This document shows positions 17,465-26,892 of a DNA stretch of 46,919 nucleotides, piece by piece (positions within the stretch are counted from its first letter, which is position 1; every line of letters begins with the position of its first letter). This DNA comes from a virus (Duplodnaviria; Caudoviricetes). Below the pieces are notes generated by a model, which had not been told where the DNA came from, did no database searches, and saw only the letters and a program-made list of their open reading frames with translations. The position numbers and the translations under genes are program-made. Location of the stretch: IMG/VR virus record IMGVR_UViG_3300046788_000219, positions 1-46,919 of that record; one strand, given 5' to 3'.

Positions 17465-18643
17465 ATGTTCAAGATGATCAACGTCAAGGAACTCAAGCGG
17501 CAGTACGAGCTTGAGCCCCAGCAGTGCATGGCCGACCTTTGCGAAGGCCTCGAGTCGAAAGAGCTGCGCCCCGAAAACTTCTCGATGCGCGACCTGTTCG
17601 AAGCCCTCATCCCGAACGGCCGCGAGCTTCTGTACGAAATCCAGTTCCGCCGCGGCCGTGGCAACCGGGCTGCGATCCTGGAAGCCGCCCAGGCCGTCTC
17701 CACGGGCGACTTCAGCAACATCACGGGCCAGATCGTCTACAACAAGATCCGCGAAGCCTACGAAGACCCGTCGCTGTTGTGGCCCGAACTCTGCACGACG
17801 CAGACGACGGAGTTCCTGAACGGCGAGCGCATCCCGGGCGTCGGCCAGATCGGCGACAAGGCCGAAGTCGTCGAGGAAGGTGCCCGCTACCCCTACGTTG
17901 GTCTGAACGAAGAGTGGACCGACACCGCGGCGACCATCAAGCATGGCTTCATTGTTCCCGTCACGCGCGAAATCATCGTCGCCGACCGCACGAGCCTGGT
18001 TCTCAGTTATGCGTCCAAGGGCACCCGCTGGGCTTCCGTTCTCAAGGAAAAGGAAGTCCTGGATTACGCGACCGGCCAGAAGAACAACTACAACCGCAAC
18101 GGCGTGAGCCTGAACACCTACCTCACGTCGGGCGCGTACATCAACAGCCAGACCGGCAATGCCCTCGACGGCCAGGCCAACGAATGGCGGGCCCTCGAGA
18201 AGGCCGATCTGCTTTTCGACGCGATGACCGATCCGAACACGGGCGAGCCCATCGGCATCCCGGCGAATCCGACCATCCTGGTTCCGTCCGCCCTGGTCCG
18301 CACGGCGAATCGCATCGTCGGCGCGACCGAAGTTCAGACCGTGGACATGCGAGCCCAGACGACCACGATCCGCACCACGGGCAAGAATCCCTACAGCGAC
18401 CGCCAGCCGAAGGTGCTGAGCAACCAGTACGTGAAGGCCCGCACGGGCTCGACGTCGCAGTGGTTCTACGGCGATTTCAAGGCCGCGATTCTGTGGATGA
18501 GCGTTTGGGACATCGAAGCGACCCAGGCCGCCAGCAACAGCGAGGCCGAATTCGAGCAGGACATCTGGGCGCGTCACAAGGTCAGCTACCGCGGCGTGGG
18601 GCAGATGTACGAGCCCCGCAAGCTGACCAAGAACGACACCTGA
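17465..18643 (+). CDS. Major capsid protein (HK97 fold, Mu gpT-like)
   Basis: 392 aa, strong codon bias, FSNITGQ, EVVEEGARYP, KHGFIVPVTRE, WFYGDF. Confidence 0.88.
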   Translation: MFKMINVKELKRQYELEPQQCMADLCEGLESKELRPENFSMRDLFEALIPNGRELLYEIQFRRGRGNRAAILEAAQAVSTGDFSNITGQIVYNKIREAYEDPSLLWPELCTTQTTEFLNGERIPGVGQIGDKAEVVEEGARYPYVGLNEEWTDTAATIKHGFIVPVTREIIVADRTSLVLSYASKGTRWASVLKEKEVLDYATGQKNNYNRNGVSLNTYLTSGAYINSQTGNALDGQANEWRALEKADLLFDAMTDPNTGEPIGIPANPTILVPSALVRTANRIVGATEVQTVDMRAQTTTIRTTGKNPYSDRQPKVLSNQYVKARTGSTSQWFYGDFKAAILWMSVWDIEATQAASNSEAEFEQDIWARHKVSYRGVGQMYEPRKLTKNDT

Positions 18644-18694
18644 GATCGGGGCGCCCCACTGTAACGCCCAATGGTACACGAGGGTTTCCAGGCC

Positions 18695-19117
18695 ATGGCC
18701 AACGAAGAGCAGCCCAAGACGGTCACCATCTCCGAACGCGAGTGGAAGCGCATCCAGGCGCGACTCGACGAAGCGGAGAGCCGCAGTCGCGTGGCCCTCG
18801 AGGCCGTGACCAACAGCCGCGCGAAGATCCTCGACCCCGAATACGAGGCCTGGAAGGCGAAGACGGGCCGCCCCGCTTCGGTCATCACCCAGGAAATCGC
18901 CGACGCAAAGTATGGGACCAAGGGCGAGCGCTTCACCTGCAAGCTCGACAGCACGAAGGAAGACGGCAAGCCCGGCCCGAACGTGAGCGAGCATTTCGCC
19001 CTGACCCTCTCGGCGAACTCGGATCTCGAGGCCCAGGCCCGCTACCTCGAAATCATGGGCATCAAAAAGCACGACTATAAGGTCGTGGTGGAACCCGCGG
19101 CCGCGCAGGCAGCCTAA
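18695..19117 (+). CDS. Hypothetical protein A (paralog of 20620-20862)
   Basis: ITQEIADAKY and ANSDLEAQARYLEIMGI. Confidence 0.75.
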   Translation: MANEEQPKTVTISEREWKRIQARLDEAESRSRVALEAVTNSRAKILDPEYEAWKAKTGRPASVITQEIADAKYGTKGERFTCKLDSTKEDGKPGPNVSEHFALTLSANSDLEAQARYLEIMGIKKHDYKVVVEPAAAQAA

Positions 19118-19178
19118 AACGAATCACTCGCAAAGGCCGAGGATCGGCCTTCTTTGAGAAGGAAAAAGGAGTTTCCGC

Positions 19179-19862
19179 ATGGCCGACCCCATTCAGCCCC
19201 AGGTAACCACGGTCGCCTTCAAGAGCGTTGGCTCGGGTGGCAATTCCGTCTTCCAGGAAATGACCAACCTGGGCGCCCAGCGCTACTGCCAGCTCGAGGC
19301 CCCGGGCTACGAGATGGCCCGCAGCGGCCGGAGCTTCTGTGGCGGCATCCAGGCCGTCACGAACGGCACGATTCCGCTCGTGGATCTGCCGACCACGACG
19401 GCGAAGCACATCCTGTACAACGCCGCGAACCCGGCGAACAACCCGCCGCGCCATCTGGTGATCAAGCGGCTCTCGTTCAGCTATGCCTCGGGCACGCTGG
19501 GCGCGTTCGGCTCGTCCGTCTTCGCGGGCGTTTCGCCCTCCGCCGTCACCGGCAACTGTATCCTGACCGCCAACGGCACCGGCTTCTCGATCGGTGCTAC
19601 CCGTGGCACGGGCGCCTCGGTTGCCTTCATGGATACCGCGAAAACCGGCTTCCCCTCGGGTGCGGCCCTCGCCCTGTTCGGTGGCATCGCTCACGGGGCG
19701 GAAACCACGATGAGCATCGGCTACACGGTGGACATCTCGAATTCGCCGCTCATCGTGCCGCCGGGCTTCGGGCTCAACTTCGGCGTGCTGGCCGATACCG
19801 GCACCACGGCCAAGTACCTGATGAGCGTCTTCTGGGATGAGGTCGAGGCCGTTCTCCCGTAG
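19179..19862 (+). CDS. Putative virion protein B
   Basis: AGGAG RBS; Gly/Thr beta-rich; paralog of the next gene. Confidence 0.8.
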   Translation: MADPIQPQVTTVAFKSVGSGGNSVFQEMTNLGAQRYCQLEAPGYEMARSGRSFCGGIQAVTNGTIPLVDLPTTTAKHILYNAANPANNPPRHLVIKRLSFSYASGTLGAFGSSVFAGVSPSAVTGNCILTANGTGFSIGATRGTGASVAFMDTAKTGFPSGAALALFGGIAHGAETTMSIGYTVDISNSPLIVPPGFGLNFGVLADTGTTAKYLMSVFWDEVEAVLP

Positions 19863-19925
19863 TCCACGGACGGACTACATGAACACACGGAGCCAATGAC
19901 GGGCCGCCGATAAAGGAGTTTCGCA

Positions 19926-20582
19926 ATGGCCGATCCCATCCAGGGACAAGTAACGACGATCAGTTTCAAATCGACCGGCTCGGGTCAGGGCCTTGTCGAA
20001 GAAATGTCCAACCTCGGCAATGCCCGCCTGGCCCAGCTCGAGCCGGTTGGCTTCGAAATGGCCCGCTCGGGCCGTTCCTTCCAGGGTGGCACGAGCGCCG
20101 TCGCCGGGGCCGTGGCCGCGATCATCGACCTGCCGACCACCACGGGCCCCGTCGTCTTATTCAACTCGACGCCTTCGAGCGGAACCAAGGTGCTTGTCGT
20201 CCGTCGCCTCTCCTTCAGCTACGGCTCGGGCACGCTGGGCGCTACCGGCTCGACTCTGTTCGCCGGTGTGACCGGCGGCAAACTCGCCACGCCGTTGACA
20301 GCGAATGGCGCCAACTTTGCCACGCAGGCGAGCCGTAGCGCCGCAACCCCCGTCGGGTTCATTGCGGCGGCTCAGACCGTGGTGCAGGGCATCTGGACGT
20401 GTCTGGGTGGCATCGGCCACGGTGCCGCAACGACCACGAGCGTCGGCTATAGCGTGGATCTCGCCTCCCATCCGTTCATCGTGCCCTCTCAGTTCGCCCT
20501 GGTGATCGGCGTGCTGGGCGTCGCGACGGGCAACTACATGCTCTCCGTGAACTGGGACGAAGTGGAAGCGATTCTCCCGTAA
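19926..20582 (+). CDS. Putative virion protein B'
   Basis: Shares MADPIQ.QVTT, EMARSGRSF, RLSFSY.SGTLGA, WDEVEA.LP with the previous gene. Confidence 0.8.
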   Translation: MADPIQGQVTTISFKSTGSGQGLVEEMSNLGNARLAQLEPVGFEMARSGRSFQGGTSAVAGAVAAIIDLPTTTGPVVLFNSTPSSGTKVLVVRRLSFSYGSGTLGATGSTLFAGVTGGKLATPLTANGANFATQASRSAATPVGFIAAAQTVVQGIWTCLGGIGHGAATTTSVGYSVDLASHPFIVPSQFALVIGVLGVATGNYMLSVNWDEVEAILP

Positions 20583-20619
20583 TTGGCAGACTTTGGCAGA
20601 TGGTGGCAGGGGGAAGCCC

Positions 20620-20862
20620 GTGACGGAAGCCGAACGCATCACGCAGGAAGTCGCCGATCGCCGGTTCAACGCCGGCCAGGTCGCGATGCCGCGTTATCGC
20701 GTGGAGCTTCCCGGCATCCCGGCCGCCGAGCTGCTCGCCGACAGCCCCCAGCAGGCGATCGACCGCTACAACGATCTCTGTGGCATTACGGGCGTCTTTC
20801 AGGTTCAGCATCATGTGACGCTGATCGAGGACTATCCGCCCGTGCTGCCGGATGAGCTATGA
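20620..20862 (+). CDS. Hypothetical protein A'
   Basis: GTG start after AGGGGG; ITQEVADRRF and ADSPQQAIDRYNDLCGI. Confidence 0.7.
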   Translation: MTEAERITQEVADRRFNAGQVAMPRYRVELPGIPAAELLADSPQQAIDRYNDLCGITGVFQVQHHVTLIEDYPPVLPDEL

Positions 20863-21161
20863 GCCAGCAATCGCAGAACGTCGATCGGGCCATCACGAAT
20901 TACACCCTGATTCTGGTGATGGTCACGGAGATGGTGGCCGCGGCCGGGCCGGCGGGCAGCCCGACGCAGGCTGATGTTCAACGGGTGGTGAACCAGGCCC
21001 AATTGCTCGGCGTGGTGACGCCCCAGCCCGACAGCTCGGTTGATGGCAAAAGTTACTCCTGGAGCGCCTACCAGGAGATGATCGGCCGGCATCTTGAGCA
21101 ACTGATGAAGGTCCGCGCGATGCTCGCCGGGCCCTACGATGTGCGGAGCCAGGCGATATGA
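20859..21161 (+). CDS. Putative head-tail adaptor (gpW-like)
   Basis: PQPDSSVDGKSYSW motif, size and position. Confidence 0.55.
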   Translation: MSQQSQNVDRAITNYTLILVMVTEMVAAAGPAGSPTQADVQRVVNQAQLLGVVTPQPDSSVDGKSYSWSAYQEMIGRHLEQLMKVRAMLAGPYDVRSQAI

Positions 21162-21961
21162 AAGTGATGCTCGGGGTTCCGGGTCTGGTCGTTCCGATGG
21201 AGCTTTGGGACTTCATCGAGCACGCATCCCTGAACCACGACGTCAAAGTATTCGGCTCCTGCAGGCCGGTCGGCAACTTCAACAAGACATGGTGCGAGGG
21301 GAACAATGCTTTCGAGCGCGGCGAGCGGGAACTGTTCGCCATGCTGCATACGGACACGTTCCCCAATTGCTACGGCTGGCTCGATCCGCTGATTGAGGAT
21401 GTGGTTCAGTACAATCTCGCCCTGCTCAGTGTGCCGATCGCGATCAAGGATCCGCGGGGCAAGATGAGCTGTGGGCTCGGCGACGAGAACGACCCGTGGA
21501 CGCCGTTCCGGCTTCTGACGGCGACCGAGTTGATGCAGCAGCCCCCCGTCTTCGACGCGGCGACGCTGGGCTACCCGGGGCGAATGCTCCTGCACAATAA
21601 CGGCTGTTGGATCGCGGATCTGCGATTCCCGCAGTGGCGGCAAACGGACAGCGAGGGCGGCCAGATAGCCCATTTCGAATTCAGGGAAAAGAACTACCGC
21701 AACGCGGCCGGCGAGTGGGACACGATTGACGAGAGCGAGGATTGGTTCTTTTCCCGCAAGGTCCACGAACTGGGCCTGCCCAGTGCCATTAGCCGCCGGG
21801 TGACGATCCACCACGAAGGGAAATGGCGCTTCTCGAATAACAAGGCCTGGGGCAGCTACAAGCAGGACGAGGACCTTCGGTACAAATGGGATCGATCACA
21901 AACCCCGGACGAAGGATCGGCCGGAATGAACCCTGCCCATGCGGCAGCAGCAGGAAGCTGA
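21158..21961 (+). CDS. GT-A fold (GT2-like) glycosyltransferase
   Basis: FAMLHTD, SEDWFFSRKV, TIHHEG motifs. Confidence 0.75.
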   Translation: MKVMLGVPGLVVPMELWDFIEHASLNHDVKVFGSCRPVGNFNKTWCEGNNAFERGERELFAMLHTDTFPNCYGWLDPLIEDVVQYNLALLSVPIAIKDPRGKMSCGLGDENDPWTPFRLLTATELMQQPPVFDAATLGYPGRMLLHNNGCWIADLRFPQWRQTDSEGGQIAHFEFREKNYRNAAGEWDTIDESEDWFFSRKVHELGLPSAISRRVTIHHEGKWRFSNNKAWGSYKQDEDLRYKWDRSQTPDEGSAGMNPAHAAAAGS

Positions 21962-22380
21962 AGCACTGTCATCCAGGAGCGTTCATGCAGGAGCAACAGC
22001 AGCAGCCGAACGGGATCGAACTGCCCAGCAAGAGCGTCAGCATCCGACTCGTCAAGGGACAGTCGGAACTGCTGCAGCGGAATGACGTCACCTTTCACGA
22101 TTGGGCGATCCTCGCCGCGAAAGCCGATGTCATGATGCGCGAGACGTGCCCGGACGCGGAGCCGGACTGGACCGACAAGGAAGTAACCTTCCAACTGCAC
22201 GCGGACGGCGTGGTCACGCGGGAAGGTGGCGAACTGATCACGCTGAACGAGTGGCACGCGATGCTGTGGATTTCGAACGCGGCCATGCAGCGAAACCTGT
22301 ACATGATGGAAGCCCGCGCCGAGCAGCAACAGATCCAGATGGCCCGGATGACCAAGAATCTGATCGCCGGCCACCGATAA
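21886..22380 (+). CDS. SEC-C motif protein
   Basis: IGRNEPCPCGSSRKLKHCH at the N-terminus; overlaps the GT 3' end. Confidence 0.75.
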   Translation: MGSITNPGRRIGRNEPCPCGSSRKLKHCHPGAFMQEQQQQPNGIELPSKSVSIRLVKGQSELLQRNDVTFHDWAILAAKADVMMRETCPDAEPDWTDKEVTFQLHADGVVTREGGELITLNEWHAMLWISNAAMQRNLYMMEARAEQQQIQMARMTKNLIAGHR

Positions 22381-22436
22381 CGAACCCAACGCCCCGGCAG
22401 GACGCCGCGGCCTGAACCGAGGAAAGGATTCCGCAC

Positions 22437-22892
22437 ATGGGACGCAAGTATACGGGCATCGCCGCCACCGTGGCCACGGGCACGAACAAGACCACGGGCA
22501 GCGTGCAGTCCGCCAGCACGATCCGGCCCAAGGTCTACGAAATCCTCGTCGGCTCGGAAGCGACGCCGGCCGACCAGGCCGCACAAATGACCGTGCTGCG
22601 GTTCACGGCCGTTGGCACGCCCGGCGGCACGTTCACGCCGATTGCGCTGGACCCGGGCGACCCGGCCTCGCTTGCGGTGTTCAATCAGGGCGTGTTCAGC
22701 GTCGAGCCGACCTACACGGCGAGCAGTAACCTCTTGCTGTTCACCTGGAACCAGCGCGCGACCTTCCGCTGGATCGTGAATCCGGGCTATGAGATCGTCT
22801 GCCCGGCGACCGCCAGCAACGGCATCGGCGTTCGCTCGCTTCTGTCCACGAGCACGCAGGCGGCCGATACCTCGATTTCCTGGGAGGAGTAA
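22437..22892 (+). CDS. Putative virion structural protein
   Basis: Strong RBS; Thr/Ala beta-rich; ends ISWEE. Confidence 0.75.
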   Translation: MGRKYTGIAATVATGTNKTTGSVQSASTIRPKVYEILVGSEATPADQAAQMTVLRFTAVGTPGGTFTPIALDPGDPASLAVFNQGVFSVEPTYTASSNLLLFTWNQRATFRWIVNPGYEIVCPATASNGIGVRSLLSTSTQAADTSISWEE

Positions 22893-22955
22893 AGCGTTTC
22901 CCGGCTATAATCGGCCGGAGGAAACGTTTCTTCTTTGGCAATGGAGGTCTGAATC

Positions 22956-23162
22956 ATGGCGAAGTGCGATCGATGCGAGGCCGATCTGGACGCGATCGTT
23001 GACCCGGCCGTAAAGGGCCACGGTTACGAATCCCAGACGGCGAAGACGGTCAAGCATCCGGCCGAGCCTCAGCGTTCCGCCGAAGAGAGAGATACGCTCT
23101 GCGCGGACTGCTACCGCAAGGATTTCGCCGTCGCGCATCCGGGCGTGGCCTGCCCGGTCTAA
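22956..23162 (+). CDS. Small CxxC...CxxC protein
   Basis: GGAGGT RBS; CDRC, CADC. Confidence 0.7.
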   Translation: MAKCDRCEADLDAIVDPAVKGHGYESQTAKTVKHPAEPQRSAEERDTLCADCYRKDFAVAHPGVACPV

Positions 23163-23180
23163 ATCAGTGCCGAGCGGGGT

Positions 23181-23212
23181 GGCGCGGGCCGAGCAGGGCC
23201 CGCGCCTTTTTT
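23181..23212 (+). terminator. Intrinsic terminator
   Basis: GGCGCGGGCC-GAGCAG-GGCCCGCGCC-TTTTTT. Confidence 0.88.
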
Positions 23213-23224
23213 ATGGGGGATGCC

Positions 23225-23515
23225 ATGGCAGGCGATAAGCAGCACACCGCGACCCGCGCCGCCGGTTATGCCATCGTGACCGGACCCGACGGCACCAGGG
23301 AAGCCGACACGCTGCAGTGCGGGCATTGCGGCGGCCATTGGGTCGTGTCTCCCGGTAGCGGCCGGCTGCGAGGCGTCTGCAGGATCTGCCACAAGGTCAC
23401 CTGCGGTCCGAACTGCATCGCCGGCACGGCCTGTATTCCCCAAGAATTGCTCTGCGAAAACATCGAAAAGGGCCGCCCGCTCGACTTCCGCCCCATTGTC
23501 TCCCGGGCCTCCTGA
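23225..23515 (+). CDS. Cys-rich Zn-binding hypothetical protein
   Basis: CGHC, CRIC, CGPNC; GGGGGA RBS. Confidence 0.7.
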   Translation: MAGDKQHTATRAAGYAIVTGPDGTREADTLQCGHCGGHWVVSPGSGRLRGVCRICHKVTCGPNCIAGTACIPQELLCENIEKGRPLDFRPIVSRAS

Positions 23516-23529
23516 AAGCGGGGTAACCG

Positions 23530-25272
23530 ATGCCCCTGCAAGGGACCGCCTACTACGACTTCTTCGGCAACGCCGCGCCCCCGCCGATTCCCCGGCTGGC
23601 TGACCGCGGCGGCGCTACGCCCGTACATCTCCTGCAGATCAACCTTCCTTTCGTTACGGCTGGCTCGGGCATGGCCTGGGCCGTGCCGACGAATGAGGCG
23701 CCGCGACCGATCAAGGCTCGGCTGCTCAATCCGGACATCGGCGGGAACTGGGTGCCGGGTGGCGTAACGGGCCTGCCATTTGAGGGATTCGCGGCCTGGG
23801 CTCGGCAGACGAATGATCCATTGCGGCCGCTGGCGAAGGTCCTGCCCAGCGGGGCCTCGCACCTGATCGCGCCGCCCGTGTTCGTGCAGGGGGATCCGTT
23901 CCCAGGTGGTCCGCAGACGATCACGAACATAGGCCCGACCATCGCGGGCACGGGTTCGAACGACACCAGCATCGGCGACCTTCCCTGGTCGAACCCGTCG
24001 CGCATCACGGCGGACGATGGGAGCTCGGCAACAATCAACATCAGCAGCAACGTCGTAAGCAACTGGCTCATCGGGAATAACTTTGGCTTTGCGATACCGG
24101 CAACCGCGACGATCCGCGGCATTCTGGTCGAATGGAAGAGGTTCAACAGTAACCCGGTCGGCAATGACACACTCGCCGACTTCGCCGTGCGCGTCATCAA
24201 GGGCGGCGTCATCGGCAGCGAGGACAGGTCGGCGGCCAGCAACTGGCAGCAAGTCGCCCTCGCCTACCAGAGCTACGGCGGCCTCTCGGATCTGTGGGGG
24301 CTGGGCTGGAATGCGAGCGACATTAATTCCGCCACGTTCGGCGTTGCCCTCGCGGTCATCGGGACGCAGTTCGGAGGATCGGCTGCGGTCGATGCCGTGC
24401 GCGTGACGATTTCCTACCTCACGGGCGGCTTGCCGATGGGCGCCCAGTACATGGTTTCGTCCGAGATGGCCCCGCGCCGCTTCGTGCCGACGATCGCCGG
24501 CGGTTCCACCTACAACCTCGCCGAGCCGTCGCTCTACACGCCGACGCCGGGGATCTCCTGGTATCGCCAGCAGCCCGAAGCGATCCCGGTGAAGCGGCTG
24601 CCGCCGGGCACGGGCGGAATGTCGTTTACGATCTTCCCCGACCTGGTTCAAGCCGGTTTCCCGCGCTGGTCGATCCAGCTGCCGGATCCGCTGCCGCTGC
24701 CGCGCCGGGCCTATCCACCGCAGAATCCGAGCGAGGCGCCGCCCCAGGCAATCGCCTCGATCACGGTCGATAAATGGTTCGTCCGGATCAACGATCCGCT
24801 GCGTCCGCTGGCGAAGTACGCCCAGACGCAGACGGTTCTCCCGCTAGCCCCCTTCCAGATCGACCAGGCGATAGGCTGGCTGACGCCCTCGCCGGCGCCG
24901 CTGCCCGTGCGCCGCTTCGTGCCGCTGGATGCCACGGTTGCGCCGCTCATCACGGATTCGCAGCGCTTCACGATGACCTGGCTCGTGCAGGCGAACGTCC
25001 CGAATCCGCCGATCCAGCGGCTTGCGCAGTCGCTGACCGTCCGACCGCTGGAGCCGACCCAACTCCCGGCCCAGTCCTTCGGCTGGCTCCGGCAGCCCTC
25101 GGAGCCGTTGCCGATTCGACCGCGGATGATCGATGCGAGCCAGAATACCGGCTGGCTGGGCGCCAGCTTTATCGTCGTGGCGCCCCCGTCGGCGATTGGT
25201 GGGCCCTACTTCGTGATTGCCGGCGGCGTCTTTGTGGCGGGCATGATCACGGTGGGGATTGAGACGGCATAA
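23530..25272 (+). CDS. Pro/Trp-repeat protein with an inserted beta-domain (probable virion protein)
   Basis: 580-aa ORF with repeated W-x5-P-L-P-x-R-like units. Confidence 0.75.
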   Translation: MPLQGTAYYDFFGNAAPPPIPRLADRGGATPVHLLQINLPFVTAGSGMAWAVPTNEAPRPIKARLLNPDIGGNWVPGGVTGLPFEGFAAWARQTNDPLRPLAKVLPSGASHLIAPPVFVQGDPFPGGPQTITNIGPTIAGTGSNDTSIGDLPWSNPSRITADDGSSATINISSNVVSNWLIGNNFGFAIPATATIRGILVEWKRFNSNPVGNDTLADFAVRVIKGGVIGSEDRSAASNWQQVALAYQSYGGLSDLWGLGWNASDINSATFGVALAVIGTQFGGSAAVDAVRVTISYLTGGLPMGAQYMVSSEMAPRRFVPTIAGGSTYNLAEPSLYTPTPGISWYRQQPEAIPVKRLPPGTGGMSFTIFPDLVQAGFPRWSIQLPDPLPLPRRAYPPQNPSEAPPQAIASITVDKWFVRINDPLRPLAKYAQTQTVLPLAPFQIDQAIGWLTPSPAPLPVRRFVPLDATVAPLITDSQRFTMTWLVQANVPNPPIQRLAQSLTVRPLEPTQLPAQSFGWLRQPSEPLPIRPRMIDASQNTGWLGASFIVVAPPSAIGGPYFVIAGGVFVAGMITVGIETA

Positions 25273-25276
25273 AGCC

Positions 25277-25525
25277 ATGATGGCACCGAAGCAGATCAAC
25301 CTGAACGAGCTATTCCATCGGGTTGTGCGTGATCGATGGACGCGCTCGCCCGATTGGGTTCGCCAGAAAAGCCGTGTGGAAGTGGTGGAGCGAATCGAAA
25401 CCTGCCTGACGCTCGAGCAAAAGGCCGAAGTAGAGATCCGCGTCGAAGCTCATCGCATCCGGGTTGAAGCCGAAGAAGCGGCGATCGCCGAACGCCAGAA
25501 ACGAGCCAGGGAGAAGCCGCGGTGA
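25277..25525 (+). CDS. Hypothetical protein
   Basis: Fills the gap; GTGA-coupled to the next gene. Confidence 0.55.
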   Translation: MMAPKQINLNELFHRVVRDRWTRSPDWVRQKSRVEVVERIETCLTLEQKAEVEIRVEAHRIRVEAEEAAIAERQKRAREKPR

Positions 25526-25938
25526 TCTACCTCGCAACTTCGCAATCGATCCCCGGCAAGAGCGGCGCTCTGCTCATGACGCGCGTCCTGGGCGCGAACG
25601 CCGTGCCGATGGTTCAGGCCGACATTTCCACCATCACCTATACCGTTACCGATCTGACGACCGGGCTCGCCGTCGTCTCGGCGGTGTCCGTCACGATCAG
25701 CAGCACGATCTTTAACCTGCTGCAGAACGATCTCCCCTGGCAGCTGGCCACGGGCGAGACGACGACGAATCTCGGGGCCGATGGTCTGGTCGGCTACAAC
25801 TTCAAATTCGTTTTGCCGGCGACCGCCCTGGTGCCCAGCGGCGACCGCTTCCAGGTGGATTTCCTTTTCACGCCGGCCAGCGGTCAGCCGTTCGTGGTTT
25901 CGTTCATGCTGCCGACGATCAAGGAATACGTCTGGTGA
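25522..25938 (+). CDS. Putative Ig-like virion protein
   Basis: Beta-rich: ISTITYTVTD, GYNFKFVLP. Confidence 0.65.
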   Translation: MIYLATSQSIPGKSGALLMTRVLGANAVPMVQADISTITYTVTDLTTGLAVVSAVSVTISSTIFNLLQNDLPWQLATGETTTNLGADGLVGYNFKFVLPATALVPSGDRFQVDFLFTPASGQPFVVSFMLPTIKEYVW

Positions 25939-25942
25939 GCCC

Positions 25943-26638
25943 ATGCAGCTCGACTTGAGCCGGAATTATCGAGTCTGGTCAAACGTCGAATCCGTGACGG
26001 TGGAATCCGTGCGCAACGGCAAGGGCGCGAAATGCAACATCGACCGCGCCATGCGGATCGAGTTGAACGCCCGCGAGAAGGCCACCTCGGGCGGCGTCTA
26101 CGTCGGCGCCGAATTGAACTGGCTACTACCCGTTCCGGAGATGCCGCTCAACTTCATCCCGAAGCCGGCGGACGTGCTGACCGATCACCAGCTCGACAAC
26201 CTGCCGTGGGTCATCCAGGAGGTTTGGGGTCAGTGCCGCGACGCGACCGGCTACCAGGTGTGGAAGGTCCGCGGGCTCGCCCTGTCGATCGCCCACCAAC
26301 TGCAAGACCTGATCGACGTGCAGCGCGCGGACATCGCGAACGACGCGGCCGGAGTGCCCGTGAAGACGTTCCCGGGCAGTGGGGGCGGATCGACGCCCTA
26401 CGCCCAGGTGCCTGCCCGCGTGGAAGAGATGAGCCGCGAGGAGACGGAAGAACGCGGGCTGATCGGCTTCAAGACGGCGTACACGATCTACGTTGCGAAG
26501 CCGGTGGCGACGCTGACGCTTGAAGATCGGGTAAAGTGGGTCAACGGTGGGGTGACGTATTATCTGACGATCAAGGCGCTGAAGAACGCGGAGAAGCTCG
26601 ACGAGCTGCCGTCGATCGAGGCGGTACTGGAGGCGTGA
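25943..26638 (+). CDS. Putative head-closure protein
   Basis: Position before the gp10-like gene; DLIDVQRA, VPARVEE, DRVKW pattern. Confidence 0.55.
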   Translation: MQLDLSRNYRVWSNVESVTVESVRNGKGAKCNIDRAMRIELNAREKATSGGVYVGAELNWLLPVPEMPLNFIPKPADVLTDHQLDNLPWVIQEVWGQCRDATGYQVWKVRGLALSIAHQLQDLIDVQRADIANDAAGVPVKTFPGSGGGSTPYAQVPARVEEMSREETEERGLIGFKTAYTIYVAKPVATLTLEDRVKWVNGGVTYYLTIKALKNAEKLDELPSIEAVLEA

Positions 26639-26892
26639 TGGATACGACTCAATCGCTGGTCGAAATAATCTTCCTGCTCTCGGTCGCGACCATCCTCGAG
26701 GCAATCGCGATCGGTCTTCTTCTGCGAAGGCTACGCTATGCCACGCGCCCGATCCGCGTTGTCGCTCTGCAGGCATACCCGCCTATCCGGTCGGGGAAGC
26801 GGCTCCGGCCGAACCCGCCGAGCCGCCGGCCGAATGGGATCCGGTCAATGATCCCGATGGGTGGAAGAATCGGCCGGCCTCATGAGAAGTGA
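26638..26892 (+). CDS. Small membrane protein
   Basis: GGAGG RBS, TGATG coupling, one hydrophobic helix. Confidence 0.55.
   Translation: MDTTQSLVEIIFLLSVATILEAIAIGLLLRRLRYATRPIRVVALQAYPPIRSGKRLRPNPPSRRPNGIRSMIPMGGRIGRPHEK

Noticed and set aside
17234-19072. 612-aa antisense ORF
   Set aside because: GC-rich shadow of the capsid genes; no motifs
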